DNA of 64,000 nt from Torpedo marmorata (lineage: Eukaryota): assembly GCA_977017645.1 (NCBI GenBank), contig OZ360220.1:99572001-99636000 (forward strand), given 5' to 3'. Below, one piece after another: positions 48,420 through 61,322 of the stretch. Both the position numbers and the translations under genes were made by a program. The notes under the pieces are model-generated. The model did no database searches. It had not been told where the DNA came from and saw only the letters and a program-made list of their open reading frames with translations. Each line of letters starts with the position of its first letter. Position 1 is the first letter of the stretch.

Positions 48420-51400
48420 TAAATCATAACAGGAGCAGGAGTCGGCCATCTGTCCCGTGGAGCAGGCATCATTCAGTTAGGATCATGGCTGATATGACAG
48501 TGGACTCAGATCCAACTACTTCCCTTTTGTCCATAACCCTTAATTCTCCTACTATGCAAAATCTGTCTAAATTCTACCTTAAATATATTTAATGAGGCAG
48601 CTTCTACTGCTTCCTTGGGCAGAGAATTCCACAGATTCAACTGTTTTAAATCTAATCTTGAGTTTTTGTCCCCCTAGTTCTAGTCTCACCTAAGACTGGA
48701 AACTGCCTCTATTTTATCTGTCCCTTTCACAATTTTATCCCCTCTCAATCTTCTGAATTGCAGCGAGTCCCAGGTGACTTGCTCTCTTCTCATCTCTGGA
48801 ATCTGCCTCCAAAGCCTGTATATCCTTCCAGTCGAGACCAGAACTGCACACAGTACTCCAGGTGCAACCTCATCAGTATCCTGTGCAGTTGCAGCAGAAC
48901 CTTCCTGCTCTTAAATTCAATCCCTCTAGTAATTAAAGTCAACATTCCAGCATGGTTCGTATAGTGGTTAGCGCAACTCTATTACAGTGCCAGTGACCCA
49001 GGTTCAAATCTGGCATTGTCTGTAAGGAGTTTGTACGTTCTCCCCATGACTACATAGGTTTCCACCAGGTGCTCCGGCTTTGTCCCACCCTCCAAAAACG
49101 TATGAGGTTTGTAGTTTAATTGGTGTATTTGGGCAGTATGGTCTGTTATCATGCTGTATCTCTAAAATTTAAAAAAAATCCAATTGCATTCTAAATCACC
49201 TGTTGCACCAGCAAAGCAACCTTTTGCGTTTCTTATACAAGCACTCCCAAGTCCCTCTGCACAACAACATGCTGCCGTTTAAATAATGATCTGATCTTCT
49301 ACTTTTCCTTCCAAAATGGATGACTTTGCATTTACCAACATTGTACTCCCATCTGCCAGAGCCTTGCCCACTCACTTTATCTATCCATATCTCTCTGCGG
49401 ACGTTCCATATCCTGTGCACAAATTGCTTATCCATTCAATTTAGTGTCATCCACAAACTTGGATATGCTACACTTAGTCCCCTCTTCCAAATCATTCATA
49501 TCGTGAACAGTTACAGGCCCAGCACTGACCCTTGTGGCACTCTTCTCATCACTGACATGGATGCAAAAAAGGGGAGTTACATTACTGAATAGTGAGAATC
49601 TCACAGTAAAGGATATTGACTAGAATTGCCCAAGTAAAAACGGGCAAAACTTGTTACATAGAAATCTACACCACAGTACAGGTCCTTCAGCCCACAGTGT
49701 TGAGCCTACATAATAATATGTGCATCCAAGAGAGTTTATTAAGATAATATGTAGAGAGTTCTACCAGAGAGAGGACAATATTCAACTTTTTCTTGGAAAA
49801 TTATACTAGGCAGGTGATGAAAGTGTTGGTGGGGGGAGCACTTTGGGAACATTGACCACAATTCTGAAAGTTTCAAGGTAGTTATAGAACCATAGAACAT
49901 TACAGCACAGAAACAGGCACTTTGGCCCTTGTAGTCTGTGCTGAACCATTTTTCTGCCAAGTCCCACTGACCTGCACCCAGTCCATAGCCCTCCATACCT
50001 CTCCCATCCATGTACCTGTCCAAATTCTTCTTAACTGTTAAAATTGAGCCCGCATTCATCACTTCAGCTGGCAGCTCGTTCCACACTCCCACCACTCTCT
50101 GTGCGAAGAAATTCCCACATATATTGTCCCTAAACTTTTCCCTTTCACTCTTAACCCATGTTTGTATCTCACCTACCCTCAGTGGAAAAAGCCTACCTAC
50201 ATTTACTCTGTCTATCCCCCTCATAATTTTATAAATACCTCTATCAAATCTCCCCTCATTCTTCTACGCTCCAGGGAATAAAGTCCTAACCTGTTTAACC
50301 TTTCCCTGTAACTCAGTTCCTGAAGTCCGGGCAACATCCTATTAAATCTTCTCTGCATTTTTTTCAATCTTATTGATATCTTTCCTGTAGTTATGTGACC
50401 AAAACTGCACACAATACTCCAAATTTGGCCTCACCAATATCTTATACAACTTTAACATAATATCCCAACTCCTATACTCAATACTTTGATTTATGAAGCC
50501 AATATGCCAAAAGCTTTCTTTACAACCCTATCCACCTGTGACGCCATTTTCAGGGAATTATGTATCTGTATACCCAGATCCCTCTGTTCTACCGCACTCC
50601 TCAGTGCCCTACCATTTACCGTGTATGTCATTTATTTCCATCTGGTCCAGATCCTTCTGCAAGCTTTGAAAACCTTCTTCGCTGTCCACAACACCTCCAA
50701 TCTTAGTGTCAACTGCAAACTTGCTGATCCAATTATGGAAAAGTTTAGAGTTGTTCCAAGGAACCGTGAATGACAAAGGGTATTGAAGGACGAATATGAC
50801 AGGTATCGATCGATAGCTATGTTCAACCAAGTCATTTGAAGTAGGAGTGATTGTAAGAAAGAAATTAGGAAGGCAAAAAGGAGCCATGAAATATCCATGA
50901 CAAGAAAGATTAAGGAGAATCCCAAGACATTTTGTAAGTATATCTGGTGCAAGAGAATTGCCAGGGAAAGAGTGGTCCCCTTGATGGACCGAAGGGGTCA
51001 TGTATGTGTGGAGCCAGGGGATGTGGGTGAGGGTCCTAAATGAATATTTCTCATCTATATTCACCAAGGAGAAGGATGTGGAAGATAGTGGGTTCAGGGA
51101 GGGTTCATTGATAGTCTGGTGCATGTTGGATGTCATGTAACACATAGGGTTGATAAATCCCCAGGGCCAGATGGAATCTATCCCAGGAGCTATGGAAAGC
51201 AAGGGAACAGATAGATGGAACGTTGACAGTTTTTGTATCATTATTAGCCACAGGAAGGTATCAGAAGACTGGTGAATAGCCAGTGTTGTTCCTTTATTTA
51301 AGAAGGGCAGCAGGGTGAACTAGGTAACGACCAACAGTGAGTCTTAAATTGATGGAAATTATTGGAGAAAATTCCAAGCAACAGGATTTACATACACTTG

Positions 51401-52030
51401 GAAAGGCACGGAGTGATCAGAGATAGCACAGAAATCCCGTCTCACTGATTTGATAGAGTTTTTAAGAATATTGATGAAGGCAGCATGGTAGATGGTGGAT
51501 TTTAGTAAGACATTTGACATGATCCCACATGGTAGGCTGGTCCAGAAGGTTAAGGCACATGGCATACAAGGCGAGTTGGCTAATTGGATCCTAAATTGTC
51601 TTTGTGATTGGAGACAGGTTGTATGGAAGGGTGCTTTTCTGATTGGAGGTCAGTGATGAGTGATGTACCACAGGGATCAGTGCTGGGACCTTTGCTGTTT
51701 GTGATATATATTTGTGACATGCATGTAAGTGTAGGAGGAATGATTAGTAAGTTTGCCAATGACATGAAAATTGGTGGTGGTGAGGATAGTGAGGAAGGAT
51801 GTCTGAGGCTACAGCAGGGTGTAGCTCAGGTGTAAAATGGGTTGTAGGGATGTTGGATGGAATTTAACGCCAGCAAATGGAACGTGATGCATTTTGGGAA
51901 GTCAAATGAGATAGAACTTGTACCTTAAATAGTGGGGCATGAAGGAATGTTGAAGAGAGAGGCCTAGGGTTCCCTGAAAATGGCACGACAGGTCGACAGC
52001 ATGGTAAAGAAGCATGCTTGCTTTTCCAGG
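48420..52030. mobile_element. CR1 fragments (48420-49555 minus, 49880-50735 minus, 50736-52030 plus) with a V-SINE at ~48950-49175
   Basis: Peptides ERLNRLGLYSLERRRMRGDL and VPQGSVLGPLLF; SINE V core GAGTTTGTACGTTCTCCCC. Confidence 0.8.
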
Positions 52031-52164
52031 TCAAGGTGAAGGAACGAAAAGATCAAGAATAATTAGTTACTCTCACTTTGACACTGCCCGTATTCCCACA
52101 ACTCTGATGTTGATGACACGTAGAGCTGCGAATGTGGTAACTGATGTGTTCATCCCATTTCCAG

Positions 52165-52296
52165 ACCTTAATTCTTCAGAACGTCCAGTACAAGAATACC
52201 AAATCCGCTTTCTGCCAAGTAGTGCCCAGGGAGCGAATGGTGCAGAAACCAACCTGACTGTGGCACAGGTGCCAGTCCTGGCAAATCATCCACGAG
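52165..52296 (+). CDS. TRUB2: TRUB2 exon 2
   Basis: DLNSSERPVQEYQIRFLP...VPVLANHPR; 132 nt, phase 1-1. Confidence 0.88.
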
Positions 52297-52389
52297 GTGA
52301 GAGGTCAAGAAGGGTTGGTGAGAGCAGCTATTCTGAAATACTGGAAGTGATTCATGCACTTTTTTTGCAGTTTTATGACATTTAATACT

Positions 52390-53665
52390 GTGTGGTGTCT
52401 GCAGCCCTGGATTGTTTAATGCTGGGTTTGGGGTTTCTGCAGTATTGGGTGTTTAAGGCTGACTTTGGAGTCTGAAGAATTGGAATGTTTCATGCTGGGG
52501 TTCGGGGTACTGCAGATTGGAGTGTGGTAATGCTGGCTTTTGCAGTCCTGCAATGTTGGATCGTTTCATTTGTGTTTTCTGTTTCTGCAGTTCTGGAGTG
52601 TTTAATCATGTGTTAGGGGTACAGATTTGGGGTGTTCAATGCAGGGTTTGGGGTGCTGTGATTTTGAAGTGGTAAATGCTGGGTTTAGTGTCTGAGTATT
52701 GGATTGTTTACTACTGTGCTGTGATTTTGCAGTATTGGGGTGCCCATTGCTGGGTCTGGAGTTTGTCGTATTGGAGTGTTTAATGCTAGGTTTGTGGTTT
52801 CTGTAGCATTGCAGTGTTTAATGCAGGGTGGGTGTGTAGTCAAATGTTTAGTGCTGTGTTTGCAGTATTGATGTGTTCAGTGCTCTTTCATGGTATCTGT
52901 ATTATTGGAGTTTTGTTGCTGGGTTTGTGATTTCTTTTATGGAATGGGTGATGCCTGCATCAGGGGTGTGCAATATTGGAGTGTGTAATCCTTTCAGCAA
53001 TGTTGAGGTGTTTAATGCTGGGTTTGGGATGCTGCAGTATTGGAGTTTTTAAATAGTTTCCCGGTACTGTGGTGTGGGAGTGTTTAATGCTGGCTTTGCG
53101 GTTTGTTCAGTATTAGAGTGTGTTTTTTGCTGGGTTTAGTGTGTATGGATTATTGGTGTTTGACGCTGGGTTCAGGAGTTTTGGAGTGTTTCACGCTCAT
53201 GGTGTCTGCATTTATTTCTGGATTTGTAGCATATGCAGTATTGGAAAGTATAATCCTGTTTTCCATGGTGTCTGCACCATGGAAGTGTTAAATGTTGGGT
53301 TTGATGTGTCTGCAGAATTGAATGTTTAATGCGGGTTTGCAAGTACAGGTACTGCAATGGAGTGTTTCATCCTGTTTTTGGGGACGTCTGCAGTTTTGGA
53401 ATGTGTATTGCTGGGCTTTTGCTGACTGCGATATTGTTTAATGCATATTTTGGGTCATGTGAAGTTTTGGAGTGTTCAGTGCTGGGTTTGGTGTTTGTAC
53501 AGTGTGTCTGGAACCTTTACTGCCTGGTTTGTGTAACTGCTGTACTGGGGTTTTTAATGCTAGGTTTGAAGTTTCTGCAGTATTGGAGTACATATTGCTG
53601 GGTTTTGGGTTTCTGGAGGATTGTAATGGTTAATGCTGTGCTTAGGTTTCGACAGTATTGAAGTT
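52390..53665. repeat. Old, degenerate ~38-bp tandem repeat (GGAGTGTTTAATGCTGGGTTTGGGGTTTCTGCAGTATT)n
   Basis: TGTTTAATGCTGGGTTT and CTGCAGTATTGG recur at ~38-bp spacing. Confidence 0.8.
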
Positions 53666-53693
53666 TATAATTGTTTTATTTTTGTTCTTACAG

Positions 53694-53768
53694 TCCGAGG
53701 TCCTAAATTTGTTCACCTGAAGGTGGGAGCTGGTCATCACCTGGATTACCGATCATCTGGAGTCTTTG
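53694..53768 (+). CDS. TRUB2: TRUB2 exon 3 (catalytic Asp motif)
   Basis: VRGPKFVHLKVGAGHHLDYRSSGVF; 75 nt. Confidence 0.92.
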
Positions 53769-54344
53769 GTAATTATAACGTTGATTTTATTTGCTTAATG
53801 TCTTGATGCCTTTGAACTGATTACAAAGGTAAGAATTACATGCTGTGCTGTTGGATTATTAAATCACAGCTTCTGCATTTATATTATGAATTGATGTGAT
53901 TTAATATTGTAAATAAAAATACAGAATGGTAATTTATTTTGAAACGTGGCTTGTCAGGTTTGAATGTTGGGTGGATTGTAACCAGTGATCACCGTGTTGT
54001 TGTACTTCGTGCTTCCAGACTAAGAACTTCTTGCTGGAGGTAATGCTCTCATCCAACATGTGCTCTGTTGGGATATTTGAGTGGCAGATGTTTTCTTGGT
54101 TCAGTGTTACGTTGTTTTCCATATGTGCTGGGTCATGAGGTTAAATTCTCGCGATGAAGAGGAGACACTGATTTACTAAGAGTGTGTAGAGAAGGGTGCA
54201 AGGATCATCCCCCAGCAGCAGTGCAACAGAGGACTCGCTGATTTATGGGGCTGTTCCTGGGGGCTATGCAGAGACAGACATCCAACACTGCTGGAAGATC
54301 ATCAAACTCTGCCCAAAACCTGTTGGTCTTTCAGTAGAGTGAAA

Positions 54345-54680
54345 TGTTAATGAGGGAATGCTACCGACAGGTATATTCTAGGCTGAAGGAGTACGTGCTG
54401 AGGGAGGCACTGAGGCTTGGGGCAGCCAACGCGAGGGTGCTGTGGGGAAGGACCACAGTCTAGGACCCTTCTACTACCAGGCATTGAGGGGCTGAGCCTG
54501 GGGGGGAAGCCTCTCAAACAATACGGGGGGGAGGGGCACATTAGCAGCAATGGTGCTATGCAGTGCAATAGTTAACACTACAATGTACAGTGACAAAATG
54601 TATGTACAAATATGACACTAAGAACATGAAAAGACTGCATTGTTTTACTTTGTATATATTTATCAATAATATTTATTGGA
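54345..54680 (+). mobile_element. Tx1-like LINE 3' fragment
   Basis: RECYRQVYSRLKEYVLREALRLGAANARVLWGRTTV*, followed by a 3' UTR. Confidence 0.55.
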
Positions 54681-55479
54681 GAGAAAATCCACCTATTGAG
54701 TCGTTGTCTGTGCACCGTTTGGGGTCAGTCAGTTGGTTCCTGGCCCAGTTATTGACCTGACATAGGTTCTATGTGGGTGGGGCTAGAAATTAACCCCCAA
54801 CTCTCGAGTCTTTGCCCATCCAGTGTGATCCTGCTGTAACTGCCCCGAACCGTTGAATTCCTGCTGGAGTTCGGCAGTGTGTGATGGGAGGGTGGAAAAT
54901 CTTGCTGATTTTCCAAACAGTCGTGCTGGAAATCTCTGAACCTGGCCTCCTTCTGGTCATTTGACATCAACTCAGTTGTTTCCAGCTGTGTTTTATTAAA
55001 AGAAAGATTTTTTTAGTAGTTTTTTAATATATATTTGTGGATGTTGGAGATTTATTCCATCAGTGGCCGAGGTGCCTGGGACCACAGCTGAGCCAGGAAG
55101 GATGCTGCTTTGGATAGAACCAAGCAACTGCGATCCGGCTCCTTGGGAGAAGGCTGGGTGGCCAGAACCATGATACACACGCAGCGCAAACGTTTACCAC
55201 GGGGACACTCTCATCCCTGCCCTCTCCCTCAGGGAAGGCCATTCAGCTCCTCAGGAGTGCATTAAAGCTGTCCCAAAGCTTGTTAACAAAGAAATGAAGA
55301 CCATTCGGGCACTTGGTTTGATCAGTTACTTGCTCCTGCTACGTCATTTTGGGAAGAGATTGCCCTTTAAACGAGTGAAGTACCTCTCTGAATGTTGTTA
55401 CCCTAACCCTTGAGTTTACCCTTGTTCAGGATTTCTCTTCGATCAAATTCTTTAAACATCACAATGGGTAACAAACTAA

Positions 55480-55590
55480 TTAGAAATTGAAAAACTGCAA
55501 ATGCTGGAAATCTGAAATAAAAAAACACAATGTTAGAAGGAGAAACCAAGTTAATGTTTCAGATTGAAGACCCTTCATCAGAACAAACTG
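55480..55590 (-). mobile_element. Penelope pLTR fragment with decayed hammerhead motif (55550-55584)
   Basis: Minus strand reads GTT-CTGATGA-A-GGGT-CTTCA-ATCT-GAAACATT-AAC. Confidence 0.6.
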
Positions 55591-56160
55591 ATTGAATTGA
55601 GAAGATTCACACCCAGCACAAGTTGAGTGCCCACAGCAACACTTGATGAAGGCAACATCTGTGCAAAGAGTTAACATTTGGGGCTGGTTTCAATGAACTG
55701 TGATGGATCTGAAATGTCTATTCTTCACAGGGGCCACATAACTTGCTGAGTGTTTCCAGGAATTACTGCTCTTTGTCTCTGAGGGATTGGTGGTCAAAGA
55801 TACAGAGACTGCTCGATACCAGCAGAGGCATCGGGGAGGAGGGCGGAAGCAAAAACGGTGCTCGGACAAGAGGAAGGGGTGTTGCTCTGGAGATTTGAGT
55901 ATTTGGAAGTGTGTTGAGGATGGGAAGAATGGACTCACAAACCTATTGATTGTGGAAGTGGCATCTTGCACACGTTATTCATGGTGGGGTTGTAAGTCGT
56001 GTCCCACTGATCAGCCCTGAAGTTTCAGTCTACCTCTGGGCCACATCCAGACACAACAGAGGTTGCTGTGATGGTGTTGATGAAGTGATGCCTTCAGTGT
56101 GGAATGGCCACATCAGTGCTGCCCCTGGTTCTAACAAACTGCACCATTGTATCTCCGCAG

Positions 56161-56222
56161 TGCTTGCAGTTGGCAGTGGCAACAAGCAACTATCTTACCT
56201 GCATGACTGTCACCTGACCAAG
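56161..56222 (+). CDS. TRUB2: TRUB2 exon 4
   Basis: VLAVGSGNKQLSYLHDCHLTK; 62 nt; donor GTAAGG. Confidence 0.92.
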
Positions 56223-56720
56223 GTAAGGCTGCAGGGGCCTGTGTGAGAGCTGACACCCCTCCCTAACCAGATGTTATAGCAACCCTCTGCAACACATCCC
56301 ATGAGCCTCTGGTACTGCCTACCTTCAACATTCTCCAGTAATTAGATGGTTGATTCCATTTCTAGAGATTGGAGCTCATTCTGGGCTGGTGCCAGGGAAG
56401 CCCGGTACACTCTGACCATCTTATTTGCTCGTGCTGGACACCGCTCTGTGTGTCAGTGGCCAGCTGATAAAAGTATAGACGTGCACACATTGAGGAACCA
56501 ATCACTGCATAGACAATGACCAGTTATGAGGCCACTTGGCTCCCTTCTATGTGCTATTCTAATGAACAGGTAAATTGGAATCAATGGTTTCATGTGTTTA
56601 TGAATGCTTGTTCATGGGATGATCAGGTACAAATGAGATGGGCTGAGTGGTATCTGCATACTTTGTTATCTGGGAGAAAATAGTGTAACCATCCCGCATG
56701 GAAAACTTGGTATAAACTAT

Positions 56721-58906
56721 GTTGTTAAACAGGAAAGTCTGCAGATGCTGTGATTGTAATGCAGTGCACAAAAGTGCTGGAGAATCTCAGCATGGCACGC
56801 AGCATCCATAGGAAGTAAAGGAATATATGAGCCATATGAAACCTTTGCTTCCTATGGACGTTGCGTGACCTGCCGAGTTTCTCTAGTACTTTTGTGTCCA
56901 AAGGGAGTAAGTATAAGATAGCGAAGCAGAGTGGGAAGTTAGAGGATTGGGAAACCTTCAAAAAACATCAGAGGGTAACAAAGAAAGTCATACGAGAGGG
57001 GAAAATGAAGTACGAGAGGAAATTAGCAAATAATATAATAGAGGATAGCAAAAGCTTTTTTAAATATGTGAAGAGGAAGAAATTGGTTCGGTCTAAAATT
57101 GGGCCATTAAGAATGGGAAAGGGTGGAATTATTACTGGAAACAAGGAAATGGCTGAGGAATTTAACAAATACTTTGCATCTGTCTTCACCAAGGAGGATA
57201 TAGGTTATGGTCAGTTAGGGGGTAATGGTCATGCAGTATCAAGAGACTTGGGGAACTTTCCTGGGGAAGTAGGGAATCTGATGGATATCCGGATCCAGAA
57301 GCAGGAAGTTGTGAGTAAATTGTTGGGACTGAGGGCTGATAAATCCCCAGGGCCTGATGGGCTGCATCCCAGGGTGCTTAAAGAGGTTGCTCTGGAAATT
57401 GTGGAGGCACTGGTCGACATTTTCCAAAGTTCCATAGATTCGGGGGAGGTCCCTGTGGATTGGAGAGTGGCTGATGTGGTACCGCTTTTTAAGAAGGGAG
57501 GGAGGGAGAAAACGGGAAATTATAGACCGGTCAGCCTGACGTCAGTGGTGGGGAAGATATTGGAATCTATCATAAAAGGAGTAATAGCAGAACACTTAGA
57601 CAGAAATAATAGTATAGGGCTAGTCAGCATGGATTCCTTAAGGGTAAGTCATGCTTGACTAACCTTCTGGAATTTTTTGAAGATGTGACAAAGAGGGTGG
57701 ACTTGGGAGAGCCGGTGGATGTGGTGTATTTGGACTTCCAGAAGACCTTTGATAAGGTCCCGCACGGGAGACTAGTGGGCAAGATCAGGGAGCATGGTAT
57801 TGGAGGTAAGATGCTGACATGGATAGGAAATTGGTTAAGAAATAGGAAACAAAGGGTTGGGGTAAGCGGGTCTTTTTCAGGATGGCAGGATGTGACGAGT
57901 GGAGTGCCGCAGGGATCGGTGTTGGGTCCTCAGTTGTTTGTCATTTATGTATATGATTTGGATGAAGGGATTATTAATAACATGAGCAAATTTGCAGACG
58001 ACACTAAACTGGGTGGCGGTGTAAAGTGTGAGGAGGATGTCAGGAAAATGCAGAGGGACTTGGACAGGTTGGGGGAGTGGGCTGAAGAATGGAAGATGAA
58101 GTTCAATGTGAGCAAATGAGGTTATCCATTTTGGGGGCAGTAATAGGAAAGCTGAGTATTATTTAAATGGAGACAAGCTAGGGAGTGGGGAAGTGCAAAT
58201 GGATCTGGGTGTACTTGTACACCGGTCACTGAAGGCTAACATGCAGGTTCAGAAAGCTGTGAAGAAGGCAAATGGCATGTTGGCTTTCATAAAGAGGGGA
58301 TTGGAGTATAGGAGCAGAGACGCCCTTCTGCAGTTGTACAGGGCCCTGGTGAGACCTCACCTGGAGTATTGCGTCCAGTTCTGGTCCCCAAATTTGAGGA
58401 AGGACATACTAGCTATAGAGGGTGTGCAGCGCAGATTTACAAGGTTAGTTCCAGGGATGGTAGGATTGACATATGCTGAAAGGTTAGAAAAACTGGACAT
58501 ATCCGATGGCGTTTAGAAGGATGAGGGGGGACATGATTGAGGTATACAAGATTATCAAGGGGATAGACAGGGTGAAGTCAGATTACTTGTTCCCAATGAT
58601 GGGAGAGACGAGGACTAGAGGGCATAGTTTAAGAATATAGGGAAGGCCCTTTAGGACGGAGATGAGGAAAAATTTTTTTACCCAGAGAAGTGTGAATCTG
58701 TGGAATGCTCTGCCACAGAGGGTGGTAGAGGCAGATTCGCTGAATATGTTCAAAAGAGAGTTAGATAAGACTCTAGTGGGCAGGGGAGTTAAGGGTTATG
58801 GGGATAAGGCTGGAAAGGGGTACTGATAGTAGTGATCAGCCATGATCTGTAAAATGGTGGTGCTGGCTCGACGGGCCGAAAGGCCTACTCCAGCTCCTAT
58901 TGTCTA
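56721..58906 (+). mobile_element. Composite insertion: Penelope fold-back (56721-56897) plus CR1 (56898-58906), 14-bp TSD
   Basis: TTGGTATAAACTAT at 56707-56720 and 58907-58920; CR1 RT motifs KSPGPDGLHP, VPQGSVLGP, KFADD. Confidence 0.85.
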
Positions 58907-59110
58907 TTGGTATAAACTATCTAAGGGCTGCTATTCCATGAGGTGGCCGTAAGAATCCTATGGGAGCATTGGAGTTTTCCCAGTGTCCTGGCCTGTATTC
59001 CCCACCTGCGCAATGAACAATTATTCCCGGGATGAGCTGCTTTGCGTTGCTTGTAGTGTTTGCCATGTTTCATGAAAGTAACTGATGAACTATGAAATGC
59101 ATAGCCTCAA

Positions 59111-59335
59111 GGGTGGCACGGTTGGCTGTTACAGTGCCAGCGATCGGGACTGGAGTTTGAATCCGGCACTGTCTGTAAGGAGTTTGTACGTTCTGCGTGG
59201 GTTTTACCCGGGGGCTCCGGTTTCCTCCCACCGTTCAAAACTTACCGGGGGTTATAGGTTAATTGGGTGTAATTGGACAGCACGGGCTCGTGGGCCGAAA
59301 GGCCTTGTTACCGTGCTGTATGTTTTTTTTAAAAA
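59111..59335 (+). mobile_element. V-SINE (HE1-like)
   Basis: GGTGGCACGGTT...GTTTGAATCCGG...GAGTTTGTACGTTCT...CTCCGGTTTCCTCCCAC. Confidence 0.75.
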
Positions 59336-59384
59336 GGGTAGTTGGAAAAATGCAAATGGATGAATTGAGGAAGAGGGGAGGGTT

Positions 59385-60039
59385 TTTAAAAAAATATTTT
59401 ATTTAAAATTTTTAAATCACAAAATACATAAAATAAAATAAAAAATTATCAAAATATTTGTGATACATTTTCACCCTCTCCCCTCCCCAACCCTCCCAAC
59501 CCCACTAATCTAATAAAAATATAAAATAAAAATAGAAAAGGAGGGAAAAAAAAAAGAAGAAAGAAAAAGATAGAGTAAGGAGAATGCCAATCTAAAAAAA
59601 AAGCATACATCTATAAACTAATTCTATTATGGAGGTCAAGTATGCCAGTAGATCCGATATCCAGAGATCTTCAAATCCTTTCATATATGGGCTCCAAATT
59701 TTTGAGAAAAAATGATATTTATTACGTAAATTATAAGTAATTTTTTCAAGTGGTATACACGAACGAAGTTCTGCATGCCATCTTTCTAATCCTAAATCTA
59801 AATCAGATTTCCAAGTAATAGCAATACATTTCTTTGAAACAGCTAAAGCAATTCGCAAAATTCTATTTGATATATATTTAATTTCATCTTAATACTAAAT
59901 TTTCTAATATCTCCAAACAAAAATATCATAGGATCCATTGGAAATGTAATCTTAAATACTTTATCTAAAAAAAATTTAACTTTCAACCAAAAATCATAAA
60001 CTTTTGGACAAAACCAAGTAGAATGTACAAAAGAACCTT
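59385..60039 (-). mobile_element. Short 5'-truncated L1, 14-bp TSD
   Basis: TSD AAGAGGGGAGGGTT at 59371-59384 and 60040-60053; ORF2 end RIALAVSKKCIAITWKSD. Confidence 0.92.
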
Positions 60040-60176
60040 AAGAGGGGAGGGTTGGGTTACATCGTGGCCAGTGCAAGCTCTCTGGTGGTGAACAGGAGCT
60101 GCAAATGTTGATTAGTTGCTTCTGCTCACTCAGTCAAGGCACAATAACCTTTTTTATTGTTGTGTGGGCTTCCCAG

Positions 60177-60258
60177 GAATACACAGTAAAAGGCAGCTTT
60201 GGAACAGCAACAGAGGATTTTTCAGACACGGGCAGACTGATTGAGAAAACAACTTATG
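60177..60258 (+). CDS. TRUB2: TRUB2 exon 5
   Basis: EYTVKGSFGTATEDFSDTGRLIEKTTY; 82 nt; donor GTGAGT. Confidence 0.93.
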
Positions 60259-60329
60259 GTGAGTGTGTTCTGCAGGACGGGTGTGCTCATATGTCACTCG
60301 CAGAACAGTTGCTGTTATTAGCATCATGA

Positions 60330-60848
60330 TGAATAGGGCTCACCAACCAGATGCTCCAAATTTAAATGTTCGGCCAACCATTTCAATTCTGCATCCACTC
60401 CCATGCTCACATGTCTGTCCATGGCCTCATGTACTATCCCACCAAGACCTCCTGTAAATTGGAAGAACAACACTTGATTTTCCGTCTGGGCACTGCAACC
60501 AGATGGCATTAACATCGACTTCTCTGGTTTCTGCTAACCTACTCTCCTTTTTACGTCCCTCCCCTTTGTCTTCTTTCCTCCAGCTCTCCACCCCCTTCTC
60601 TCTTCATTCACAGAGCCATCGCTCCTCCCCCTGCTTGCTGCTGTGCCCTCCCTCCCTCATCCACCTATTACCTCCTGCCTTTGGGACCGTGCTCCTCCCC
60701 TTACCATTTTGTTTGGACGCCTGCCAACATGTTTCCATACTTTGATGAAGGGCTCAAGCTCGTAACGTTGGTTCTGTATCTTTATCTTTGCTAATGTAAA
60801 GTACACTGATTGACCTGCTGAGTTTCTCCAGCATTGTGTTTTTACTCC
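60330..60848 (+). mobile_element. Penelope 3' end/pLTR
   Basis: KLEEQHLIFRLGT.QPDG remnant; decayed hammerhead at ~60739-60773. Confidence 0.8.
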
Positions 60849-60862
60849 AAATTTAAATACTG

Positions 60863-61322
60863 AGAATGTTGCCTGGGTTTGAGTTATAGGGAAAGGTTGA
60901 ACAGGCTGGGACTTTATTCCCTGGAGCGTAGAAGGTTGAGGGGTGATTTGATAGAGGTATTTAAAATTATGAAGGGGAAAGATAGAGTCAATGTGGACAG
61001 GCTTTTTCCATTGAGAGAGGGTAAGATTCAAACAAGAGGGCATGGATTGAGATTGAAGGGGGAAAAGTTTAGAGGAAACATGAGGGGGAATTTCTTCACT
61101 CAGAGGGTGGTAGGAGGGTGGAACGAGCTTCCGGCCGAAGTGGTAGGTGCAGGTTCAATTTTAATGTTTAAGGAAAAGTTGGATAGGTATATGGACGAGA
61201 GAGGTGTGGAGGGTTATGGGCCGGGTGCGGGTCAGTGGGACTAGGTGGGAGAATGTGTTCGGCATGGACTCAAAGGACCAAACTGGCCTGTTTCTGTGCT
61301 GTAAATGTTATATGGTTATATA
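60863..61322 (+). mobile_element. CR1 3' fragment
   Basis: SYRERLNRLGLYSLERRRLRGDL...FFTQRVV. Confidence 0.88.
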
